NCBI GenBank assembly: GCA_038833255.1
Contig: JAWBIX010000020.1
Location: forward strand, 1 to 6,717
Source of the DNA: Nanopusillaceae archaeon
GTDB lineage: Archaea > Nanobdellota > Nanobdellia > Nanobdellales > Nanobdellaceae
Reading direction: 5' to 3'
DNA: 6,717 bases
Within the stretch, counting starts at the first letter, position 1; each line of letters starts with the position of its first letter. Shown piece after piece: positions 1-5,818 of the stretch. The position numbers were made by a program, and so were the translations under genes. Below the pieces are notes generated by a model, which saw only the letters and a list, made by a program, of their open reading frames with translations, searched no databases and was not told the DNA's origin.

Positions 1-816
1 AATATAAAAAATATTAGAATATTAGCAAATGTTGTAGGTGGTGGAGCTCATGCAAAGTGGAGAAGTACAACAGTACAAGAATATTTAATTTCCCCTCGAA
101 TTAATGATTTAAGAGTGGCAATATTTTTAGCATCATATTATCATAAACTTTTAGGGGAAAGATTAGAATTATTAGATGAAAAATTTATGTATGGTAAAAA
201 TGATGAAGGAGCATGGACAACTTCTTTAAAAACACATACTTTATTAAATGTTTTAAGAAATTTATCTGAAAGTTTAGAAAAAGAATATTCTATAAAAATT
301 GACATTGGTATAGATTTAGCAGCAACACATATTTTTAATAACGGTGTTTATGTGTTTGAAAATAAAAAATATAGTAAAGAAGAGTTCATAAGAACAGTTT
401 TAGATATAATTAAAGATTATAATCTCTTTTATATTGAAGATCCTTTACATGAAGATGATTTTGAAGGATTTTCGGAAATAAATAAGGAAACAAGAGCAAT
501 AGTAGCTGGAGATGATTTAACTGTTACAAATATAGAAAGAATAGAAAAAGCAATAAAACAAAATTCTATTAAAGCAGTAATAATAAAGCCAGATCAAGCA
601 GGTTCAATTATTAGAACAATTGAAGCTATAGAATTCTGTAAGAAAAATGATATTATTCCAATATTTTCTCATAGGTCTGGAGAAACAGAAAGCAATATTA
701 TAGCCCATTTAGCAGTTGCATTTGAAGTGCCATATGTAAAATTTGGAATTATTGGTGGAGAAAGAATTAGTAAACTTAATGAATTATTAAGAATATATGA
801 GAAGATAGGATCTTAA
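1..816 (+). CDS. eno: Enolase (phosphopyruvate hydratase), 5'-truncated by the window edge
   Basis: Frame 1 is open from nt 1 (NIKNIRILANVVGGGAHAKWRSTTVQEYLISPR...), so the GTG at 115 in the ORF track is an internal Val. Enolase motifs are present: VVGGGAHA, QEYLI, NDEGAW (DEGG-type Glu), the metal-ligand acidic positions DIGIDLAA / FYIEDP / AGDDLTVTN, IKPDQAGS (catalytic Lys region), the SHRSGETE signature, VKFG, and LNELLRIYEKIG at the C-terminus. Stop is TAA at 814-816. Confidence 0.92.
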   Translation, partial: NIKNIRILANVVGGGAHAKWRSTTVQEYLISPRINDLRVAIFLASYYHKLLGERLELLDEKFMYGKNDEGAWTTSLKTHTLLNVLRNLSESLEKEYSIKIDIGIDLAATHIFNNGVYVFENKKYSKEEFIRTVLDIIKDYNLFYIEDPLHEDDFEGFSEINKETRAIVAGDDLTVTNIERIEKAIKQNSIKAVIIKPDQAGSIIRTIEAIEFCKKNDIIPIFSHRSGETESNIIAHLAVAFEVPYVKFGIIGGERISKLNELLRIYEKIGS

Positions 817-1281
817 TTATATTTTTGGTATTTTTCTTATTAATAAACCGTCTATAGCTCTTAATATATTTCTTATTACATTTTCAGTATCTATTATTGT
901 TTCTTTTAAATCACTTCCAATTTTTCCCTTTCCTATTTTTATTTTACTAGACGGAGACAATATATAATATTTGTCTTGAATTAAATCAATTTCTTTTTCT
1001 TCTTTTAAATTTAAACCAACATATATTATTTCTGATCTTGAAAATATTTTATCTTTTTGATTTAGATAATCAAAGTCATAAAGATAAATATCATGCCCAC
1101 TAATAAATTTTATTTTATCATTAAAAAATAATCTACACTTCCAATTTTTATTATAAACATCATATGCCTGTGAAGAAACAAATATTTTATCTTTAATATT
1201 TAATATATTTTTGTTTTTTTCTAATTCAACTTCTTTATTATCTACATCTAATTTTATACCAATTCCTAAAATTTCTATCAT
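817..1281 (-). CDS. Hypothetical protein (154 aa), no recognisable family
   Basis: This is the only long ORF in the interval. ATG is at 1279-1281 on the minus strand. The stop complement at 817-819 directly abuts the enolase stop. Its K/I/N-rich composition matches the neighbouring genes, and it fills 465 nt in a window with almost no non-coding DNA. I recognise no P-loop, Cys cluster, nuclease or HTH motif. The hydrophobic pattern looks beta-rich with one C-terminal amphipathic helix (NVIRNILRAIDGLLIRK). Confidence 0.55.
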   Translation of the reverse strand: MIEILGIGIKLDVDNKEVELEKNKNILNIKDKIFVSSQAYDVYNKNWKCRLFFNDKIKFISGHDIYLYDFDYLNQKDKIFSRSEIIYVGLNLKEEKEIDLIQDKYYILSPSSKIKIGKGKIGSDLKETIIDTENVIRNILRAIDGLLIRKIPKI

Positions 1282-1303
1282 AACAAAAATATTTAATGTA
1301 ATA

Positions 1304-1311
1304 ATTTATAT
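1304..1311. promoter_or_regulatory. TATA-like element (ATTTATAT) in a 56-nt divergent intergenic region, possibly serving both flanking genes
   Basis: The near-palindromic A/T octamer lies about 30 nt from the minus-strand ATG (1281) and about 30 nt from the plus-strand ATG (1338). This resembles the spacing seen upstream of the PCNA and histone genes. The background is so AT-rich that chance occurrence is easy. Confidence 0.3.
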
Positions 1312-1337
1312 CTTTTAATAAAAACTTTCATAAAATA

Positions 1338-1886
1338 ATGGATGAATATAAGGACATAGTTTCAGAATTTTATGATAATTTAGCTGACATATACGATGAT
1401 TTATATGGTGAAGAACAAAAAAATAAAATTTTAGAAATAGAAAAAATATATAATAGATTATTTTTATCTAAAATATTTGAAAAAGGATTAGATTATGGAT
1501 GTGGTACAGGTATTTCTACTTCTTTCTTAGCAAAAATAGCTAAAGAGATATACATATATGATTTATCTGAAAAAATGATTCAAAAAACAAAAGAAAAAAT
1601 AAAAAATGTTAAGATAATAAGGAAAGAAGAATTGGATAAATATGAAAAATTTTTTGATATAATATTATCTGTTACTGTTTTGCAAGATTCTAAAAATCCT
1701 GAAGAAGATTTAAAAATATTGGAAAAAGTTCTTAAGGATGATGGAATATTAATTTTAACTGTTTTAAAAAGAAAAGGTTTAGCATTTTGGAAACCACTTA
1801 TAAAAAAATATTTTGACATTATTTGGTTTTCTGAAGAAGAAAAGGACTTTATATTTTTTTTAGTTAAGAAGCTCTTTAAATCTTAA
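1338..1886 (+). CDS. Class I SAM-dependent methyltransferase (182 aa), substrate unknown
   Basis: Motif I is LDYGCGTGISTSFLA (SAM-binding glycine loop). An acidic residue ends beta-2 (IYIYDLSEKM), followed by FDIILSVTVLQD and DGILILTV. The N-terminal FYDNLADIYDD is typical of Methyltransf_11/25-like enzymes. There are no DNA-methyltransferase motifs (no D/NPPY, no PCQ/ENV). Stop is TAA at 1884-1886. Confidence 0.8.
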   Translation: MDEYKDIVSEFYDNLADIYDDLYGEEQKNKILEIEKIYNRLFLSKIFEKGLDYGCGTGISTSFLAKIAKEIYIYDLSEKMIQKTKEKIKNVKIIRKEELDKYEKFFDIILSVTVLQDSKNPEEDLKILEKVLKDDGILILTVLKRKGLAFWKPLIKKYFDIIWFSEEEKDFIFFLVKKLFKS

Positions 1887-2139
1887 ACCATTTTCTAATA
1901 TCTTCTGGAATATAAATCATGTTTTTGTTTGCCATACAATCTAAAATACCCCAAATATAATTTACTAATTCAAAAGATTTTATATAATCTTTTTTATTAT
2001 AGAAATATAAACAATCCTTCCAGTAAGCTTCAATAAAGGTTTTTAATTCAAAATCAAAAAATTTTATTTTTTCAAAAACAATTTTTAATTTTTCAATTTC
2101 TCTACTTGTAATTTCTATAATTTCATTATTTATGTTCAT
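1876..2139 (-). CDS. Small helical protein (87 aa), DUF357-like (archaeal family of unknown function)
   Basis: ATG is at 2137-2139 (minus). The 3' end overlaps the methyltransferase 3' end by 11 nt. The segment AYWKDCLYFYNKKDYIKSFELVNYIWGILDCMANKNMI fits my recollection of the DUF357 pattern (Y..D...F...gD......Y..G.LD), but the family assignment is from memory only. Confidence 0.55.
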   Translation of the reverse strand: MNINNEIIEITSREIEKLKIVFEKIKFFDFELKTFIEAYWKDCLYFYNKKDYIKSFELVNYIWGILDCMANKNMIYIPEDIRKWFKI

Positions 2140-2149
2140 AAAGAATATT

Positions 2150-2157
2150 TTTTAAAT
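2150..2157 (+). promoter_or_regulatory. Candidate TATA box (TTTTAAAT) for the tRNA-Asn transcription unit
   Basis: The centre lies about 29 nt upstream of tRNA position +1 (2183). Archaeal TATA boxes sit about 26-27 nt upstream of the TSS, so the predicted TSS is within a few nt of the mature 5' end. The same TTTAAAT core recurs at 2323 and 4921 upstream of the helicase and PCNA. Confidence 0.3.
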
Positions 2158-2182
2158 GAAGTTTATTATTAATATTTATATT

Positions 2183-2254
2183 GCCGCCGTAGCTCAGCGG
2201 TAGAGCATCCGGCTGTTAACCGGAGGGTCGGGGGTTCAAATCCCCCCGGCGGCG
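2183..2254 (+). tRNA. tRNA-Asn: tRNA-Asn (anticodon GTT), no intron, CCA not encoded
   Basis: The cloverleaf was folded by hand. Acceptor GCCGCCG/CGGCGGC (7 bp, all G-C); D stem GCTC/GAGC with loop AGCGGTA; anticodon stem TCCGG/CCGGA with loop CT-GTT-AA (anticodon 2215-2217); variable loop GGGTC; T stem GGGGG/CCCCC with loop TTCAAAT; discriminator G2254. It is about 69% G+C by hand count, in a strongly AT-rich window. Confidence 0.95.
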
Positions 2255-2255
2255 T

Positions 2256-2311
2256 AGATGATGAAGGGTTTTGCCGGGAAATGAACAATGATTAAGCACT
2301 CCTGGCTGATA
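2256..2311 (+). ncRNA. Candidate C/D box sRNA (2'-O-methylation guide) immediately 3' of tRNA-Asn
   Basis: C box ATGATGA at 2258-2264 and D box CTGA at 2306-2309 are both perfect consensus, and the 52-nt C-to-D span is typical for archaea. The internal D' is ATGA at 2281-2284, followed by a 3-nt loop ACA and C' ATGATTA at 2288-2294. The C' G6-to-T change is matched by the D' C1-to-A change, which keeps the Watson-Crick pair of the k-loop. Guide regions are 2265-2280 (AGGGTTTTGCCGGGAA) and 2295-2305 (AGCACTCCTGG). The element is a local G+C island (about 45% by hand count) and is followed by T6. Caveats: the spacers are asymmetric (16 and 11 nt instead of about 12), there is no clear terminal stem, and no targets were identified. 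Confidence 0.6.
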
Positions 2312-2317
2312 TTTTTT
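2312..2317 (+). terminator. Oligo-T tract (T6) 2 nt after the D box; candidate archaeal terminator of the tRNA-sRNA unit
   Basis: TTTTTT lies directly downstream of CTGA-TA, and archaeal RNA polymerase terminates at oligo-T. T runs are frequent in this AT-rich DNA, and this one overlaps the probable helicase promoter. Confidence 0.35.
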
Positions 2318-2343
2318 AATTATTTAAATAAAATTATATTATT

Positions 2344-4929
2344 GTGGAAAATATTGTTGAAATTTTGAAGAAAGAATTTGGAGACCTAATTGTAGGAATA
2401 AAAAAAATAAATAAAAAAGATCCAATTTTTGATGATTTTAAGTTTTTTAATGAAGAAATAAACAAATTTTTGAATAAAATTAATATAAAATTATATAAAC
2501 ATCAAAAAGAAACTTTAGAATTATTATACAATGGAAAAAACGTAGTTGTAACAACACCAACAGCCTCTGGAAAATCTCATATTTTTAGGTTATATATAAT
2601 GGATAATTATTTAAAAAATCAAAATAAAACCTATCTTTTAATTTATCCATTAAGAGCACTATTGTATGATCAATTTGAGAAATTCCAATCTTTAATAAAT
2701 CAATTTAATGAAATCTTTGAAAAAAAGATAAATTTAAAATTTGGAATTCTTTTAGGAGATTTAACTTATAAAGAAAAAGAAAAGCTGATAAAAGATAAAC
2801 CCAATGTTATATTAACTACCATAGATAATTTACATTTGTTTTTATTAAAAAATCATGGAAAAATGTACTATTTTTTTAGAAATCTAGATTTAATAGTTGT
2901 TGACGAATTACATTCTTATCGTGGAGTTTTTGGTACAAATTCTGCTTATGTTTTTAAAAGATTAATTTATTTATTGAAATATTTATATAAAAACAATTTT
3001 TTTAAGTTTCTAGCTTTATCAGCAACTTTAAAAAATCCAAAAGAATTTGCTAAAAAATTATTTAGCTTAGATTTTTATACTATAAGCGAGGATTATAGTA
3101 AAAGATATGATAGATGGGTTATCGGAATAGATACTAAAAACATAGGACCAAAGGTAGTATTAAAAAGATTAATAAGAATACTTTTAGAAAATGATATAAA
3201 ATCTTTAGTTTTTTTAGAATCAAAGAAAGGAGTAGAGAGATATAAAATGCTAATAGAGGATCTTGAAAAAAGTAATCTGGTTTTTACATATAAAGCAAGT
3301 TATTTAAAAGATATTAGAAAAGAAATAGAGAAGAAATTTAAAAATAATGAATATAGAATTTTAATAACTACTTCAGCCTTAGAGCTTGGAATAGATATTG
3401 GAGATGTTTCTGCAGTAGCAAATTATGGAATACCTAGAGATGGTATATTTTCTTTAATTCAAAGATTTGGAAGATCTGGTAGAACATCTAATGGACTAAA
3501 TATAATAATATTCAAAAAAGATGCATTAGATTTATATTACTCATCAAATTTTGAAGAATTGTTTGAAAAAATAGAAAAAAACGATATTGAAGAACTTCCA
3601 ATTAATTTGGATAATGAAAAAATAAGGGAAAAACATTTACTTTACATGATTCACGAATTTGGAAGACTACCTTTAGATCTTATTGAAGAAAAAGATAAAG
3701 AAATACTAAAAAGATTAATAGAAAAAAATTATATAAAAATAATTAAAGATAGTTTGTTTGGAAAGGAATATGTAATTCCTATAAGAAAAGTAATATATTC
3801 TGGATTAAGAAACATATCTGATAAAATTTATTATTTAATAGATATATCAGATTATGAAATTGTTAAAAATATTAAAAGAGAAGAGACTGCTTTTAAAATA
3901 GCGAATATGTTAAAATCTAAAGGAAAAATAATAGAAGAAGTAGATGAAATTGCATTTTATGAATATTTATTACCAGGAATGGTTTATTATTCCTTAGGAA
4001 AAGCATATAGATCTGTATCTTTAGTGAATATAGGAAATATAAATTTTGTTATAGTTCAAAAAGAAGAATCTGGTATAGAAACGGAACCAATTTACAATGA
4101 AGAGGTTAAAATAATAGAAAAACTTAAAGAAAAAAAATTTGGAGATTGGAAAATAAACTTAGGTATTATAGAAGTTAATAGAGAATATTTAGGATACGTA
4201 GAAAAAATAAAATATGGAGAAGAATATATGCAGAATATAATATATTATGATAATACAATTAAAAGAAAATTTATAACTAAAGCAATTTGGATAGAAATAC
4301 CAAAGGAATACGAAACTATAGAAAGAGAATATCTTGAAACTCTAAAGAAAAAAATTTCAAAAATTATTTCTGAAAAGAAATATCCCATTTCCTTTGAAGA
4401 TTTGTTTAATTTTTCGACTACAGTAGTTAAAGATTATTTTTATGAAAAATATAGGGGATTAGCTAGTAGAAAAATTAAGGAAATCGTAGAAAAATTTTTG
4501 TTAGATCTTAGAATTAAAGATAAAAAGCTAGCTTTTTATATTAAAAAGCTTATTGATTCTCAGACATCTTTTAGATCTGGATTACATGCAATAGAACACA
4601 ATATTATTAAAATATCTCCAATAGTCACTTACATAGATTCAAGAGAATTGGGAGGTTTTTCATATCCTATTCATTCGCAAACACAAAAACCAACAATTTT
4701 TATATATGAAGGATTTGAAAATGGAGTTGGATTGGCAGAAATAATATTTGAAAATATAGAAAAACTAATATTAGAATCTAAGAAATCTTTAATTAGTTGT
4801 AAATGTTTAGATGGCTGTCCAAAATGCGTATTTTCTTCCAAGTGTGGTAATTTTAATGAATATTTGGATAAATATTCTGCAAGATTAATATATAAGAAAT
4901 TTTTTAAAAATATTAAAGATTTTAAATAA
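2344..4929 (+). CDS. COG1205-type DExH-box helicase (YprA/MrfA/Hrq1-like) with C-terminal DUF1998 zinc-binding Cys cluster, 861 aa
   Basis: Motif I TTPTASGKSH; Ia IYPLRALLYDQ; II VVDELHSYRGVFG; III LSATLKNP; V TTSALELGIDIGDV; VI QRFGRSGR. The C-terminal region reads HAIEH ... IFIYEGFENGVGLAE ... CKCLDGCPKCVFSSKCGNFNEYLDK, the DUF1998/MrfA Zn-domain pattern. GTG at 2344 is the first start-like codon after the in-frame TAA at 2329-2331. There is no in-frame ATG before the Walker A region, so the exact start is uncertain. Confidence 0.9.
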   Translation: MENIVEILKKEFGDLIVGIKKINKKDPIFDDFKFFNEEINKFLNKINIKLYKHQKETLELLYNGKNVVVTTPTASGKSHIFRLYIMDNYLKNQNKTYLLIYPLRALLYDQFEKFQSLINQFNEIFEKKINLKFGILLGDLTYKEKEKLIKDKPNVILTTIDNLHLFLLKNHGKMYYFFRNLDLIVVDELHSYRGVFGTNSAYVFKRLIYLLKYLYKNNFFKFLALSATLKNPKEFAKKLFSLDFYTISEDYSKRYDRWVIGIDTKNIGPKVVLKRLIRILLENDIKSLVFLESKKGVERYKMLIEDLEKSNLVFTYKASYLKDIRKEIEKKFKNNEYRILITTSALELGIDIGDVSAVANYGIPRDGIFSLIQRFGRSGRTSNGLNIIIFKKDALDLYYSSNFEELFEKIEKNDIEELPINLDNEKIREKHLLYMIHEFGRLPLDLIEEKDKEILKRLIEKNYIKIIKDSLFGKEYVIPIRKVIYSGLRNISDKIYYLIDISDYEIVKNIKREETAFKIANMLKSKGKIIEEVDEIAFYEYLLPGMVYYSLGKAYRSVSLVNIGNINFVIVQKEESGIETEPIYNEEVKIIEKLKEKKFGDWKINLGIIEVNREYLGYVEKIKYGEEYMQNIIYYDNTIKRKFITKAIWIEIPKEYETIEREYLETLKKKISKIISEKKYPISFEDLFNFSTTVVKDYFYEKYRGLASRKIKEIVEKFLLDLRIKDKKLAFYIKKLIDSQTSFRSGLHAIEHNIIKISPIVTYIDSRELGGFSYPIHSQTQKPTIFIYEGFENGVGLAEIIFENIEKLILESKKSLISCKCLDGCPKCVFSSKCGNFNEYLDKYSARLIYKKFFKNIKDFK
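4921..4928 (+). promoter_or_regulatory. Consensus-like TATA box (TTTAAATA) embedded in the last helicase codons, positioned for PCNA
   Basis: The octamer centre is about 26 nt upstream of the PCNA ATG (4949), which predicts a leaderless or near-leaderless PCNA mRNA. An identical octamer lies at 2323-2330 upstream of the helicase. No Shine-Dalgarno-like purine run is present in the 19-nt gap. Confidence 0.4.
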
Positions 4930-4948
4930 TTTTCATAAACAATTTTTT

Positions 4949-5698
4949 ATGGATGTTGTATTCCCCCAAGCTAAAGAATTAAAAAATATATTAGCAGCAA
5001 CAACGGCTTTTTTGTCAGAAGGTACTTTTAAAGCAAAAAATGATGGTATATTTCTAACTTCTCTAGATCCCGCAAATGTAGCAATAATTATTGTAGAAAT
5101 GTATCCTAATATGTTTTTAGACTATAAATTAACAGAAGAAGAGGAAATATTTACAGTAAATCTAGAAGATCTTAAAAAAATTATTGGTAAAGCAAAAGTA
5201 AAGGAACAAATAGAATGGAGTATTGACAAGAAAAAAAATAAACTTTTAGTTTCTTTAAAAGGTAAATCAAAAAGAACATTTACCTTACCTTTAATAGAAA
5301 CCGAAGGAAATATATTAGAAATACCTTCTATAGATTTGAGAATAAAATTAGAAATGGATGCAAAGGCATTTTCAGAAATAATATCCTCTGCAAAAATTAT
5401 AGCAGATGAAATAAAAATAGTTACAAATCCAGATTCAAATACTGTTAGTTTTATTGCTGAAGGAGAGCTAAAAGATATGAAAATTGATATTACACCGCAA
5501 GATGAAAGTGTTCTATCAATGGAAATTCCAGCCAAAGTAACATCCAGATATTCTGTAGACTATCTTTATAAAGTAACTAAAGTAGCTACAGTATCAGATA
5601 CAGTTATTATAAAGCTAGATCAGGATAAACCAATTTGGTTGGATTATAGATCGTTAGATAAATTTAAATTTGGATTTGTTCTGGCACCCAGAGAATAA
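4949..5698 (+). CDS. pcn: DNA polymerase sliding clamp PCNA (249 aa)
   Basis: It aligns by eye along its whole length with euryarchaeal PCNA as I recall it: VVFPQAKELKNIL..A..FLSEGTFKAKNDGIFLTSLDPANVAII, KRTFTLPLIE (compare RTFRVPLID), SRYSVDYL (compare SAYGVSYL), and C-terminal FGFVLAPRE (compare LTFLLAPRVEE). The length is typical. Confidence 0.93.
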   Translation: MDVVFPQAKELKNILAATTAFLSEGTFKAKNDGIFLTSLDPANVAIIIVEMYPNMFLDYKLTEEEEIFTVNLEDLKKIIGKAKVKEQIEWSIDKKKNKLLVSLKGKSKRTFTLPLIETEGNILEIPSIDLRIKLEMDAKAFSEIISSAKIIADEIKIVTNPDSNTVSFIAEGELKDMKIDITPQDESVLSMEIPAKVTSRYSVDYLYKVTKVATVSDTVIIKLDQDKPIWLDYRSLDKFKFGFVLAPRE

Positions 5699-5723
5699 AA
5701 TTAAGATATATCAAAAAAATTTA

Positions 5724-5731
5724 TTTTTTTT
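5724..5731 (+). terminator. Oligo-T tract (T8) downstream of PCNA; candidate terminator
   Basis: This is the longest T run in the window's non-coding DNA and starts 26 nt after the PCNA stop. Archaeal termination occurs at oligo-T. Confidence 0.35.
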
Positions 5732-5777
5732 AGGAAAAAATCAGAAAAAATATTTGTATTTTTCAATCGAATAGCCC

Positions 5778-5818
5778 TATTATTAGAAAAAGGGGAAACT
5801 TATATATTATTAGAAAAA
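5778..5818 (+). repeat. Two exact 14-nt direct repeats TATTATTAGAAAAA (5778-5791 and 5805-5818, 27-nt period) in the histone upstream region
   Basis: The exact match was seen directly. A third partial copy (ATAGAAAAATA) lies at about 5844-5854. The repeats sit in the only long intergenic region of the window. The sequence is low-complexity A/T-rich, so significance is modest. Confidence 0.4.

Noticed and set aside
115-117. GTG at 115 (enolase) and TTG at 6627-6629 (nth) as true start codons
   Set aside because: Both frames remain open to the window edges, and the upstream translations continue conserved enolase (VVGGGAHA, QEYLI) and Nth N-terminal sequence. These starts are artefacts of the ORF finder at window boundaries.
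1580-1819. 79-aa minus-strand ORF inside the methyltransferase gene
   Set aside because: It lies entirely antisense to a CDS with clear SAM-MTase motifs. The low-complexity F/S/I/K-rich translation is typical of a shadow ORF in AT-rich DNA, and it has no motif or promoter context.
2183-2254. Intron-containing or split tRNA (a Nanoarchaeota hallmark)
   Set aside because: The 72-nt sequence folds into a complete, uninterrupted cloverleaf with a normal 7-nt anticodon loop. There is no bulge-helix-bulge motif or half-tRNA leader.
2273-2278. Complementarity between the sRNA D' guide (GCCGGG) and the tRNA-Asn 3' acceptor/T-stem junction (CCCGGC, 2245-2250) as evidence that the tRNA is the methylation target
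   Set aside because: Only 6 contiguous base pairs are possible, too short for a C/D guide duplex (usually 9-12 bp). It involves G/C-rich stem sequence that would match by chance. At most it might influence precursor folding.
1338-4929. DUF1998 helicase plus a nearby methyltransferase as a DISARM-like or other defence module
   Set aside because: DISARM needs DrmA, DrmB, DrmC and usually a DNA methyltransferase. Here the Zn domain is fused as in housekeeping YprA/MrfA/Hrq1-type helicases. The methyltransferase is small with no DNA-MTase motifs, and it is separated from the helicase by an unrelated gene and a tRNA. There are no PLD/nuclease partners, and the neighbours are core replication and repair genes.
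5122-5535. 137-aa minus-strand ORF inside PCNA
   Set aside because: It is antisense to a full-length, well-conserved PCNA. The S/I/F-rich translation has no recognisable domain, so this is a shadow ORF.
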